Shown piece by piece: positions 24,270 to 36,607 of a stretch of 64,000 nucleotides of DNA. The stretch is taken from assembly GCF_006345805.1 (NCBI RefSeq), contig NC_042998.1:37572001-37636000 (forward strand). The letters run 5' to 3'. The DNA is from Octopus sinensis. Its lineage: Eukaryota. Under the pieces are notes generated by a model, which saw nothing but the letters and a program-made list of their open reading frames with translations, did not search any database and was not told the origin of the DNA. A program made the position numbers and the translations under genes. Position 1 is the first letter of the stretch. Every line of letters starts with the position of its first letter.

Positions 24270-25490
24270 TTGCCGACTTGTTCGGGAGAAGCAAGACGCT
24301 AGAGCATGGTGAGGCCCTACGGGACTTCCTGGCTGGTGGCCCGAATCTCTCGATACGAGAAACTGAGTGCTGTGAGGAGCCAATTACAGCGGCGGTGGTG
24401 ATCGAGGCGCTATCCGAGTGCCCCAGGTACAAGTTGCCGGGTCTTGATGGATTTCTCTGAGTTTTACAAAAGTATGCCAGACTTGTTCGGGCACCTACTG
24501 GCCTGTGTATACGCCAACTGGCAGCAGAATGGGAGAATCTCCAGATCCGCGAGCCGGAGGATGGTGACGTTAATCAGAAAGGACTCGAGCAAGGGCGATA
24601 TCATAAGTAATTTTCGGCCCATAGCTCAGCTAAACACAGATTTAAAGATTTTGGCCAAAGAGAGGGTTGGTAAAATTTCTGGCAAAGGTGGGGTACTGGT
24701 ACATTTAGACCAGTCTAAAGCATTCGATAGGGTCGACCATCGGTACCTGGCAGTGATCCTCGGAGAGGCCGGGTTGGGCCCGATTTTCTGCGGTTGGATT
24801 TCTGCTTTGTACAGCGACATCGAGTCTATTGTCCGAAAGAGCGGTTATTTTCAAAACCGTTCATGATTGAACGCTCAGTACGCCAGGGATGTCCCCTGTC
24901 ACCGCTTCTGTGTGTATTGGCTCTTCAGTCACTGCTGCAGAAGTTGGAGGCATTAGTGCGCATGCCGTATGATCTTTGGTGTGGAAGACGAGCCACTGGG
25001 TATGTGGATGACATCTCCATCATCGGGTCTGAAGGAGGGCAGCTTCCTAATACAGGAAACGCCATCAAGGGATACGAGGCGGTGGGAGGAGCAAAGGTTA
25101 ACCAGGACAAGTCGGTCAGCTTGCAACTCAGCCTCTGGAGGGGCAAGTCGATGTCGTCTAATAACGTCGTAGGGCGTTGGACGGAAGGTCCGGTTACGTT
25201 GCTAAGGGTCTGGTTCGGTCCAGATCTCCAGACAGAAGAATTGGAGCGAGGACACGAGCGAGTTGACTGCCTTAACCAAGACCTGGTGTGGGCGGGGGTA
25301 TCTTTGCTAGGGAGGGCAGAGGTAGCGCAGATTTCTATAGCATCTGTCATCACCTACCGCCTGACCGTTGTGCCTTATCCCGATTCGTGACTGAACAAGT
25401 CGGAAAAAATCCTTTCCCGCTTTTTGTGAAACGGTAGGAAAGCCACTTGTGAAGCGCTCTGTCTGCTGCCAAAAATCACTAAAGGGTGGG
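24270..25490 (+). mobile_element. Tx1/L1-clade LINE ORF2 reverse-transcriptase relic
   Basis: RT motifs PGLDG, NFRPIAQLNTDLKILAK, LDQSKAFDRVDH, VRQGCPLSPLL, YVDD, AKVNQDKS across three frames; internal deletion and frameshifts. Confidence 0.93.
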
Positions 25491-25760
25491 CTTTCATAGC
25501 CAATTTATGAAATAAAGACGTTTGCTACCCAACCATATCATTCTTAGTTCAGTTCCACTTTGGGTAAGAGTCTCCTTCTGTAGCCTCGAGTCGACCAAAG
25601 TCTTGTGAGTGAATTTGGTAGTCGGAAACTGAAAGAAGTGTGTCGTGTGCGCGTGTTTGTCCCCCACCATGGCATGATAACCGGTGCTAGTTTGTTTATG
25701 TCCCCGTAAACTAGCGGTTCGGCAAAACGGTACGATACAATAACTATCAAGCTTTAATTT
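25490..25760 (+). mobile_element. tRNA-derived SINE family B fragment
   Basis: AGTTCAGTTCCACTTTGG...TAGCCTCGAGTCGACCAAAG...GGTAGTCGGAAACTGAAAGAAG, shared with the 62878-63281 copy. Confidence 0.75.
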
Positions 25761-25969
25761 CAGGTTTGAAAAACTTAATTGCTTTTATAACATACTAAGA
25801 AAACAGGATGACATCGTTAATAAGAGAAGTTAAGAGTGAAAAGGAGGGGCCAGGAATACCGTAACGGAATGAATTAAGAGAAGTTAAAAGAAGCTTTTAG
25901 CTTCCCTTAATTTATTTATTTACAATATTTCAGCCACCTTCCGCTCTCTAACCTCTTCTACTAAAGGTG

Positions 25970-26440
25970 TCACCCTGTTGTCTTACCATTTACCATAACT
26001 AAGCTGCCTGAGATACACGAACAATTCATAGCTTTTGTCATCCCTAAGACATATGACATGAATTTATAAAATTTCGTTAGTGCTTCGTTGTTGGAATTAA
26101 GTTCAAACATTGCCTTTGCCATTGTTTCAGGATATTCAAACACATAATTTTGTGTGTTGAAATCCTCTGTGGAATTCGCAAAACAAATGGCCGTAAGCGA
26201 ATCGCATTCAGGAAATTCTTCACACAATCACTGTTTAAATTTCACCAGATACTTTGTAACTGGCTCTTCAACATCTTAAACATCTAAAACATCCGCTAGG
26301 TGTGGAAATATTCCAGTTAAGGAGCTTTGATCCAGAATGTTTTGTTAACGATTCGTTTCCCTTCAACTTGCAAGTAAAATGCATTTTACTGAATCCAAAG
26401 TTATATTAACGAAAGAATTGTGCCTGCCAAATTATGTTTT
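25970..26440 (-). pseudogene. Decayed ORF of unknown family (~150 codons, 4 in-frame stops)
   Basis: One frame reads NSFVNITLDSVKCILLAS*RETNR*QNILDQSSLTGIFPHLADVLDV*DVEEPVTKYLVKFKQ*LCEEFPECDSLTAICFANSTEDFNTQNYVFEYPETMAKAMFELNSNNEALTKFYKFMSYVLGMTKAMNCSCISGSLVMVNGKTTG*; composition is protein-like. Confidence 0.45.
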
Positions 26441-26522
26441 GGGAATTTTCTGTAAGAGTATTTTCTTCATTCAGCCGAAAGTATAAGTTCAATTTTGAGT
26501 CCTAATTCTGGTGAATACAATC

Positions 26523-26562
<40 letters not shown>

Positions 26563-26674
26563 ATTTAGGAATGGTCATTTTGCCAGTTTAGCCAATAAAA
26601 ACACACGCACTATATATTTGGTGTTACTTTGCTTCAGTGTTATTTATTTTTTACATTAAGCTTAATCTTATTTC

Positions 26675-26719
26675 GGCCAGAGTTCTTTCGTCACACTCCT
26701 GTGACCGCATCAGTGGTCC
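26675..26719 (-). ncRNA. Minimal hammerhead-like motif (variant core)
   Basis: Minus strand GGACCA-CTGATGCG-GTCAC(AGGAGT)GTGAC-GAAAG-AA-CTC-TGGCC; position 9 is C rather than A. Confidence 0.45.
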
Positions 26720-26781
26720 TTTGTTTTTTTCTTACTTATTTGTGTCTCTTCTTACTAACCGTCAGCCATTTTGTATTTAAA

Positions 26782-26814
<33 letters not shown>

Positions 26815-27086
26815 TTCTCAGTTTTCTTATCAAATGTGATTAATATTTTGTATAAATCTCAACTTCCCTGTTCAATGTTATGTCTGAAGCGATTCTGATA
26901 TCATCCACAGCTGTCTCAATGAACCTAATATCAGTCAGAATGGGAGACTTGATTTTGCACTGGACCTGTTAACCCTGCTGTGTGTTTCTGAAGATTGGTT
27001 GCGGATACTGACCTGAGTGTGAATTTTTCTTAAGTTCCTCTAGGCTGAACGGGAGATAACAATGTTTTTGATACAGTATCGTCCTC

Positions 27087-27157
<71 letters not shown>

Positions 27158-27161
<4 letters not shown>

Positions 27162-27388
27162 CTTTACTACTCACAGGGGCTAAACACAGAGGGGACAAAC
27201 AAGGACAGACAAACGGATTAAGTCGATTACATCGATCCCAGTGCGTAACTGGTACTTAATTTATCGACCCCGAAAGGATGAAAGGCAAAGTCGACCTCGG
27301 CGGAATTTGAACACAGAACGTAGCGGCAGGCGAAATACGGCTACGCATTTCGCCCGGCGTGCTAACGGTTCTGCCAGCTCGCCGCCTT
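27158..27388 (-). mobile_element. Family A SINE monomer in a (TA)n tract
   Basis: Near-identical to head plus one body unit of 3773-4375. Confidence 0.9.
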
Positions 27389-27427
27389 ATATATATATAT
27401 ATACATACACACACACACACATACAAT

Positions 27428-27689
27428 TGTAGCGTGGAAGGTGTTTATAAGTCATTTAAAACAGACCTCCCCCATTCCCCCAAAAACATTAGATTTACTT
27501 CAACATATAAATTTAATGTGTCAAAATATTTTCGTCGCTTTGAAACCGCAACTTGTTTACTGAAAAACAGGTCGCGGTTTCAAAGCGACGAAAATATTTT
27601 GACACAAATTAAATTGAAATGTTGAAGTCAATCTAACGGGGTTTTGAGTGTGCTTATTTAAATAGATTATAAACACCTTCCACGCTGCT
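27428..27689. mobile_element. Fold-back MITE (~260-bp imperfect palindrome)
   Basis: GTAGCGTGGAAGGTGTTTATAA...TTATAAACACCTTCCACGCTGC termini and internal TGTCAAAATATTTTCGTCGCTTTGAAACCGC/GCGGTTTCAAAGCGACGAAAATATTTTGACA arms; a half copy lies at 37750-37867. Confidence 0.85.
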
Positions 27690-28764
27690 ATTGTTTTTGT
27701 TTCAGCACACAATCTCAGATCAAGTCACTCGCTATGGAAGTACATCTCTGTAAAATACATACATACATATATTTATATATATATATGTTTCAACGTAGAT
27801 GTAATTAAGTGTTTTGCTCCTATCGGGTATAGTACTGCATCTATGCACAGTAACGTCCTGGAACGCAAGCCGAAAGAGGCCACTTAGCTGATTGGTAACT
27901 CGTCACCACCCGTGAACCCTCATTAATCTATCTTCACTATGTTTCGCCCATTAAATTCTATTCCTCATCATGATTCCCCTGAATGTCACTCCTTTATTGT
28001 CCTCCATGCTTACGTCTTTCTTTTAAGTTTGACCTGCAACCGTATAAATAGGACATTAATCAGACACAAAGGTCCTGCAAATGTGGTTGTTTTTTTTACC
28101 TCTTCTTCTGGAAGAGATAGTATTGCAAACAGGAGAAAATGTCTGTATGTATGTATGTATTCCTGTGTGTATGTATGCATGTGACTCAAGAATTCGATTG
28201 TGAAAACTAGTTATAAAGAAATATGAAGACGAAGAGAAACCTATTCGTTTATTTAATATAGAGAAAGCATATCGTTATGAAATTTTTCATGTTATGTTAA
28301 CAATTTCGTCTCGTGGTAAAGCAATCACCAAAAATATATTAAATGAAAAGGCCCAAAGAATAATTATAATGGCAGTTCACAATTACATACTCCGATTGCT
28401 GATTTGGTCATTTATGAGTCGTTTTCAGATATGTTTACTTAAGAAGTATACTTGGTCACTTATGTATGCTTTGCAACAGTTACCTGCAAGGCAAAAGGTG
28501 AGTTTGGACAAAGCAGATTTATATATAATGAAGCTGTAATTTTCAACCAGTGAATGGCGTTCTATTTGTAATGAAGCGGGTAGTTGGACATCCAGTGAAA
28601 GGAAAAGTTAGGTAACATACTGGTTAACGATAAGAGCAGAAAGAAACATTTGTAGAATTAAAACACTCTTTGACCCGTTCCAGATATTCCATGCGTTCCA
28701 ACCCAACTCAATTTTCTTCCCATGTAACTCGAACAGTCTTTTTTGATTTCTTTCTCTCTCTCTC

Positions 28765-28802
<38 letters not shown>

Positions 28803-30999
28803 TCTCTCTCTCTCTCATAATTTAGTTCTGCTGTAATTATTTTTTCTGAAACCCATTTTCTTTTGATAAATTTCTCCCCCACTTGGCCTTCCATTTTGCA
28901 TTTTGCCGTTTCCGCATGTCTACAAATTTATATTTTCACTATCATAAACGTTTAAAAGATTTGTTCTATGCGATGAAGTGGTTTCTACAAAATATCCCTA
29001 TGTACGTTTCCATATGGTTTAGGAAGTTTCCGACTTAAGCAATTATGTTTATTGACGAAATTGCGATTATATTTATCGACAAAAGCTACAAGTTTCTTCG
29101 TACTCTAGACCGATGGTCGGCTAAGTGTAAACTCTTGAATTCTTCTAAGAAATTGTTACCAAGAAAATACTGTGGTCTACAAAAGTGAATAGGCGATTAA
29201 TTGTCAGAATCTTTAAAGCGCTTGACAAGTGCGTTGCTGTACGTCGCTTTTATGTATTCAACACTCCATTTCGTCCTTCTGAGATGAATAAAGTCCAAGT
29301 GAAGTGTTGCCGTTTATTTATATTCCTATAATGCAATAACAATGTGAATGGAACTCAACTAGAATATTATATTCCTCCGCTGCAACATTAATGCTGTTTC
29401 TTTTTTCTCATTCTGTTTTGTCGTTCCGTGTTCTTGTATTTAAGAGACACAAACAAAAGCAAGAACAGAGAAGTCTGCTACTACCAACCAGATTTTAATC
29501 CTGCGCCATTGTCGCTTATTTCGAAGCAAATATATTGAACTATTATCTTTTAATCAACTCATTTGTATAATTCATATCCATGAACTGTTCCGCAGATGAG
29601 GTTGTATAATTCAAAATATGTATACGATATTTGATTCCAGAGCAATTTGTCTCAAACAGTTGGAAATTAGAACACATGAAGCGAGCAGAACATGAATTAA
29701 AGCAGTTCATGTGGATCGGCAAATGACGATACGAAATGCTGCGAAACACGAAATTAACAGCTTGTAATTACTGTTTCCAAATGACAACGATTCATTGCGG
29801 AGAAATGGTGTATATTCTGTGGCTGATAAATGTTCTGTATAGCTTTCAAATCAAACACGTGATTGCCTTCTGTTGGCGAATTTGTCATTAACGGAGAGAA
29901 AATCTCCTGCGTATTTAATACTTAATTAGAAATGTTTAAGTTCCTTTTTTTTTAACATGCAATACAAAAATAGTTTCGAAAAATTTTGATATTTGTGGCC
30001 ACGTTGAGTACAATTTCATTATTTTCTGGAATCGTTGAACTCCAGACAAAAATTAAGCTAAATTCATCAATCTACGAAGTTTCCTAAAGGATTATGGTAT
30101 AAGATACTTCAGAGTTTAAAATACATATTTCATATTTTTTCTTCCTATTAAATTGTAAACAATTTAGCAGTAAAGAAAAGAGTGATAAATTTCTTAAATG
30201 GAGAGAAACGTTTCCTGGTCAATTCTGCCTGGCAAAACACTCTATATGTAGAGGTAGTTAATAGTTTTTGCCACCAACAAGTTTCGCAAGCCAGCTTCAG
30301 TATGTATTTGTCAAGTACAGATAATGATTTCTGGCCGATATTTCACATTAGGCTATCCATTCTGATAAGCGTGTGAATAAATTAAGTATATATATATAAA
30401 TTTTAAAACACTGAGAAAAAGGCAACAAGAAAAAAGCAACAGTGTGAGGATGTAGCACATGTAAAGTATTATTAAGACGCTCAGAGAAAGAAAAAGTGGT
30501 TGTTTTATATTTCGAGCCTACTCGAACCGAAACGGAGATGAATTGTCTGCTAGTCCACGACTTATGTGCATAGAGCAGGCAAACTATTTGCAGGCATGCC
30601 AGGTACGTGTGTGTGTGTAGATAGGGAGGAAATAAAATGGACTGATATTAGAATATGCTGTCTCTGAAAGAGAACTGCAGCGTACTTGAAGAGAACTGAC
30701 TTTTGCACTCTGGGTGAGAGACGTACCACAGTTTGCACTTTATTACCTATACAACCTGAGGGAGCTGGGAACTTTGCCATATGTATTTATAAATTTGTGC
30801 ATGAAAGTTTAAGATACGCATGAGCAAAAATATGAAGAATAAATGTTTAATATACAAATAAACACTGCTTAATAATCCAGTTAATGTTATCAAGACAGAA
30901 ATCAGTAATCTAGACTTAGGAAGAGCTGCAGCAACAGGATTTGGTCTCAACTTCAGTTTTCATTCAACGTGAAGTTTAATATCGCTGGAAATTTGCAAT

Positions 31000-31500
31000 G
31001 CCCATAAGCATTTCCCAAACAAAATATTCTGTAAAGAAGAATCCAGCAGAAAAAATTTACATAAGCATCTCACAAATTAACGAATTAACCAAGGGTAACT
31101 CTATATGCAGAAACATAACCCTCAGCCAGCAGCTGTATAACGTTGGAATGCTTATATATAAACTAAAGATCGCCTCCACTGGACAGAACCGTAACATGTA
31201 CAAGCAATATAGGCAACATAGAAGACAAATCTAAACATTTGTACCTCACCTTTAGGTATTTAGAAAAGAGGAATGTTACAAATTTTCTAAACGAATATGG
31301 AATTTCAAAGAACGTAATATCAAATTTGATATCAAGTGGAAAATATTTCACCAATGTGGAACATGAACGAATTGGATTGAAAGATGCAAATTCTGTACAG
31401 CTGAAAAATGTCTCATATTTAAAAGTATTAACAATTCTCAAATTATGAATCACAAGATCAAATATTCTGGTCGGATATTACTAACGTGATCAATAATTTC
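31000..31500 (+). mobile_element. Penelope-like element GIY-YIG endonuclease relic
   Basis: Reads ...KRIWNFKERNIKFDIKWKI...CKFCTAEKCLI..., matching the PLE C-terminal IWxLK...IxWxI...CxLCxxEKxxI pattern. Confidence 0.7.
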
Positions 31501-32464
31501 TAGAATGCTGGATTTGCCTACGACTTGCAGAACATAAAAACCAATATTAAAATATCACAAACGTAGCTAAGTTTTACGTAATAAGTTCATGCAACCTATA
31601 ATATTTTATTCGTTGCAGTTAGATCAGTAACTTCTCAATTTTACCAAGATTTTATGTTTTACGAACCTAATTTAATAAGTTAGTTTCTAGTCTTCAGTAT
31701 AGTTTCTCATAAGATTATTTCCAATATTTTACTCTCTTCATTTATATTTTGGAAATATTTCATTACTCAAATTTGTTCGCACATGCTCTTAGACACATTA
31801 TTTTTACCAACCAACGAGAAATATCTCCACTTCTATATGGATTTAAGAGTATCTCTATGGAACATCTAGATTACACTTCGTAACATTAATTAATTTAAGT
31901 CTCATGTCCACAATATAAAATATAGGCGATCGTATTCTACGACAATTCTCTGTTCTTCGTTTTTTCTCACAGTTCCACTTCTTCCTGATAGTAAATACCT
32001 CTCTCTTCCAACAAATTCCTCAAGATTTACATCCATATCATTCTTCTCTTTTCTCGGCTTCTTTTGCATTCAATCTTTCTGGTCATCGCTAAATTCTCCA
32101 GGCCCTCTCCCTCATTGCATGACCATCAAATCTCAGTTGTTTGGCTCTTATCTCACGAAGGGAATTCCTATTTACCACAGCCCGAGTAATCTCTCCTTCT
32201 TTAGACACTTTGTCCAAGTTACTTTTAACGTGTCACGTTTAGCGTCAAAACGATCAATCACACAGATACAAACACATACACACACCGCAATACAGAGAAA
32301 CAGGTACTGCTCATCATTGCCAGCTGACTGGACTGGGCCAACGTGAAGTAAAACTACTTGCTCAAGGACACAACGCACAGCCGGCAATAGAACTCAGCAC
32401 CTTACACTAAGCCACACGCCGTCACACACACACACACACACACACACGTGTGTGTGTGCGGGCT

Positions 32465-32845
32465 ACACATAGAGGGGACAAACAAGGACAGACAAAGGGA
32501 TTAACTCGATTACATCGACCCCAGTGCCTAACTGGTACCTTATGTATCGGATGAAGGGCAAAGTCGACCTCGGCGGAATTTGAACTCAGAACGTAACGGC
32601 AGACGAAATACCTATTTCTTTACTACCCACAATGGCTAAACATAGAGGGGGACAAACAAGAACAGACAAACGGATTAAGTCGATTATATTGACCCCAGTG
32701 AGTAACTGGTACTTATTTAATCGACCCCGAAAGGATGAAAGGCAAATTCGACCTCGGCGAAATTTGAACTCAGAACGTAACGGCAGACGAAATACCGCTA
32801 AGCATTTCGCCCGGCGCGCTAACGTTTCTGCCAGCTCGCTGCCTT
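32465..32845 (-). mobile_element. Family A SINE dimer
   Basis: Two body units joined at GAAATACCTATTTC (32605-32618), plus head. Confidence 0.88.
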
Positions 32846-32846
32846 T

Positions 32847-32938
<92 letters not shown>

Positions 32939-33718
32939 GAGACACGTTGGATGGACAGTCGCTGGATAGATCACAAGATGTGTGATGAAAGATTTCCAGA
33001 CAACTGACATAATTAAAAAAAAAACGATAATAAACAAGTGACAAACGAATACACAGTGCCTGTGTTTATTTGGTAACAAAAAATGACCGTCCCAAAATAT
33101 AACATTACATACATATAAATATATATGTCTGTGTGTGTGTGTGTGTGTGTCTGAAATGGAAGCCAGACATAGAAGAGAGAGAATTTACTAATTTACAACT
33201 TTGAAATAACATTTATCTTGTAATATATTAGCAAAACATCTGATTAATTTTCCAACATAATTCCTATTTAGTATTCATGCAATTATCCTTCCACTCCTCA
33301 TGTCGTATTTAAATTCAAGATGCCTCTAATTCTCATTTACCTTTGACCTTTTCCGATACGACTCATTAAGAAACCATTATAATATTCACCCGTAATTTTA
33401 CATTAATCATTTTAAAATGTTAAACTCCATCGCCAAATTATAACATACACTGTCCTATGTGTTCAATCGTCTCCTACTGTTTTACAGGAAATTATCGTTT
33501 TATTAGTAACTTTGGTAACTCAGATATGTTTCGGACGAAGTTTGCCCCATGACATGTCTACCTTAATAGTACCACCTGATGTATGATGCTTTGATCATTT
33601 CCTAATGGGAATCCGATTACTAACTATTTTATAATATAAGTGGTTCCTATGCATTCTTAATTGACCACTTACAAAAAAAAAAAAATACATATTTGGACAT
33701 GCGGTACTTCTTATTTCA

Positions 33719-34104
33719 GTGGAGGCGCAATGGCCCAGTGGTTAGGGCAGCGGACTCGCGGTCATAGGATCGCGGTTTCGATTCCCAGACCGGGCGTTTG
33801 TGAGTGTTTATTGAGCGAAAACACCTAAAGCTCCACGAGGCTCCGGCAGGGATGGTGGTGATCCCTGCTGTACTCTTTCACCACAACTTTCTCTCACTCT
33901 TACTTCCTGTTTCTGTTGTACCTGTATTTCAAAGGACCGGCCTTGTCACTCTCTGTGTCACGCTGAATATCCCCGAGAACTACGTTAAGGGTACACGTGT
34001 CTGTGGAGTGCTCAGCCACTTACACGTTAATTTCACGAGCAGGCTGTTCCATTGATTCGGATCAACCGGAACCCTTGTCGTTGTAACCGACGGAGTGCTT
34101 CCAC
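33719..34104 (+). mobile_element. Full-length tRNA-derived SINE family C (octopus OR-like) with TSD
   Basis: tRNA-like head with A box TGGCCCAGTGG and B box GTTTCGATTCC, LINE-like tail, 13-bp TSD ACTTCTTATTTCA (33706-33718, 34105-34117). Confidence 0.9.
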
Positions 34105-34162
34105 ACTTCTTATTTCAACCTGTTCGCACGACTGATTGGCAGAGTGATTCTTGCTGGCACTA

Positions 34163-34385
34163 AAGCGCCGAGCTGGCAGAAACGTTAGCACGCCGGGCGA
34201 AATGCGTAGCCGTATTTTGTCAGCCGTTACGTTCTGAGTTCAAATTTCGCCAAGGTCGACTTTGCCTTTCATCGTTTCGGGGTCGATAAATTAAGTACCT
34301 GTTGCGTACTGTAGTATATCTAATCGACTGCCCCCCCCCCAAAAAAAAAAGAAATTTCCGGCCTTATGCCTTGAGTAGAAAAGAT
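34163..34385 (+). mobile_element. Family A SINE (variant tail)
   Basis: GCGCCGAGCTGGCAGAAACGTTAGCACGCCGGGCG head, GAGTTCAAATTTCGCC B box. Confidence 0.85.
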
Positions 34386-34914
34386 TATTTGTTACTGGCA
34401 GAACTTTGAGATAGAGTACCCTACTTAAAACCCAAGGCAGAAATCAATCTTGTAGTGGTCGTCCTAAACTCACCATAAAAATGTATTTTCGTCACTTTCC
34501 TGATTTCTCTGTAGCGATAACAGTTAGATCCACAAGAAGTTAAATGTGAATCACAATCCCTTAGAAAGTCCATTCACCTCAATGCATAAAGGAGACAAGG
34601 CTGTTGTCTGGGAGATTCAATATGACACAGAATATGACAAGGTTAACCCCTTTGTTTTACTGGGACGACTCATTTTTTCAGTGGAGTGCACTAGCTCAAG
34701 GACACGGTGCTTCACCAGAATCGAACTCACAACCTTACGATCATGAGCTGAATATCCTAACCACAAGCTACGCACGTTACACACACACATCTGCACGTTC
34801 TTAGACACACACGCACACACATCGGAATATGTAGGGTACAGAACAGTATGTTAAGAACAGTAAAACTCAATTAGAGAGCTTCAATGTCTCCTTTATACAG
34901 ACTTTATACATACA

Positions 34915-35306
34915 TTACTAAACACAGAGGGGACAAACAAGGACAGACGCACGGATTAAGTCGATTACATCGACCCCAGTGTGTAACTGGTACTTATTTA
35001 ATCGACTCCGAAAGCTGAAAGGCGAGTCAATCTCGGCGGAATTTGCAATCAGAACGTAGCGGCAGACGAAATACCTATTTTTTTACTACCCAGAAGGGGC
35101 TAAAAACAAAGAGGACAAACAAGGACAGACAAACGGATTAAGTCGATTATATCGACCCCAGTGCGTAACTGGTACTTAATTTATCGACCCCGAAACGATG
35201 AAAGGCAAAGTCGACCTCGGCGGAATTTGAACTCAACGTAGCGTCAGACGAAATACCGCTAAGCATTTCGCCCGGCGTGCTAACGATACTGCTAGCTCAC
35301 CGCCTT
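34915..35306 (-). mobile_element. Family A SINE dimer
   Basis: Two body units joined at GAAATACCTATTTT (35068-35081), plus head. Confidence 0.88.
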
Positions 35307-35599
35307 TAATAATCGTTTCTACTATAGGCACAAGGCCTGAAATTTTAGAAGGAGGGGGAGCAGTCGATTAGATCAACCCTAGTTCGCAGCTGCGTACTAG
35401 GGGTCGATCTAGTCAACTGGCACCCTTTCCAAAAAATTTGGGCCTTGTGCCTAGAGTAGAAAAGAATATGTACGAAGATTAATTTCTTTTTAAATAAGTA
35501 CTGGGGTCGATTCGTTCGTGTAAGATTAACCAAGGCAATGCTTCAGCATGGCCGCTCTCTAATGAATGAAACAAGTAAAAGATTGATGATGTAAAGTCT

Positions 35600-36030
35600 G
35601 CCAATCTTCTTTCAAATCTGAATAATTCTTGATGATGAATTTATTCACTGAAAGAGATAATCTCCTCTAATCACATTTTATATGTTACTTGTCTTTGTAT
35701 TACCTATATTTCCCTTTTAATCTAACACGTATGTTACATATATCCAACTCGCATTTAATTAAACTTTGAATTCACAAGTATCCAGCTTATATTTTACATT
35801 AATCATTTAAATGCCAAATTCGATATATTCACATTTTTTTTTACACAATTCACATCAAGTAACATCTACACGAAAATGTACAGATAACCAACTTGAATGC
35901 ATCAAATATTCATATAAACGCAAATTATAAACGCATTTATAATACACTCATTATCTAAGTGCATCCCGCTACCACACCTCATTAAATATTTCCCTTAAAT
36001 TATCCGATGTTTCTCTATATCAATTACATT
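35600..36030 (-). mobile_element. Heavily decayed Penelope-like GIY-YIG fragment
   Basis: Frameshifted minus-strand pieces GKYLMRC..., RIWHLND.NVKYKL..., CNIRVRLK resemble the motif order at 31.0-31.5 kb. Confidence 0.4.
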
Positions 36031-36607
36031 TGAAATTATGTATTACACAACAGCTTGCATACACACATACATACATTCATAAATACATACATTATATATA
36101 TATGTACGAGTGTGTGTGTGAATGAAGTGGCATGCTCCAGAATTCTGATTAATGGCACTTCAATAATTAACCTTACCACACTACATATGAGATATAATCA
36201 ACTATTAATTAATGCCATATATTTGCCTAAAACACAACGCTACACTTCACAAATATCAATAACTTTGCATTTATTTTACTTACAAGCACATTTATTCCAA
36301 CCGCCCTCATTCATTCAGTGAACTAATAGACCGATCAATGTAACAATGATGGGCGTGTGTGTGTGTACACGTGTTTCAGCGTCCTTTTCATTGTACATAT
36401 TCATTACATCTTCCAAGCAAACCTGTGGCATTGATGTATATTTACTGTATGTAAACAGAATACTATAAATCATGATTACGAGTTTCTATCAACCATCTAC
36501 TTATCTGTAGGTATGTATGTTTATATATATATATATATGTGTAGGTCCCGGGTTGATTCGGGGTTAACCACAGTAAATAAGGTACTCAATACATAGCAGA
36601 GTAAAAT

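Noticed and set aside
33719-33795. tRNA gene
   Set aside because: It has A and B boxes but no complete acceptor stem, and it continues into a SINE body bounded by a TSD. The same holds for the other SINE heads.
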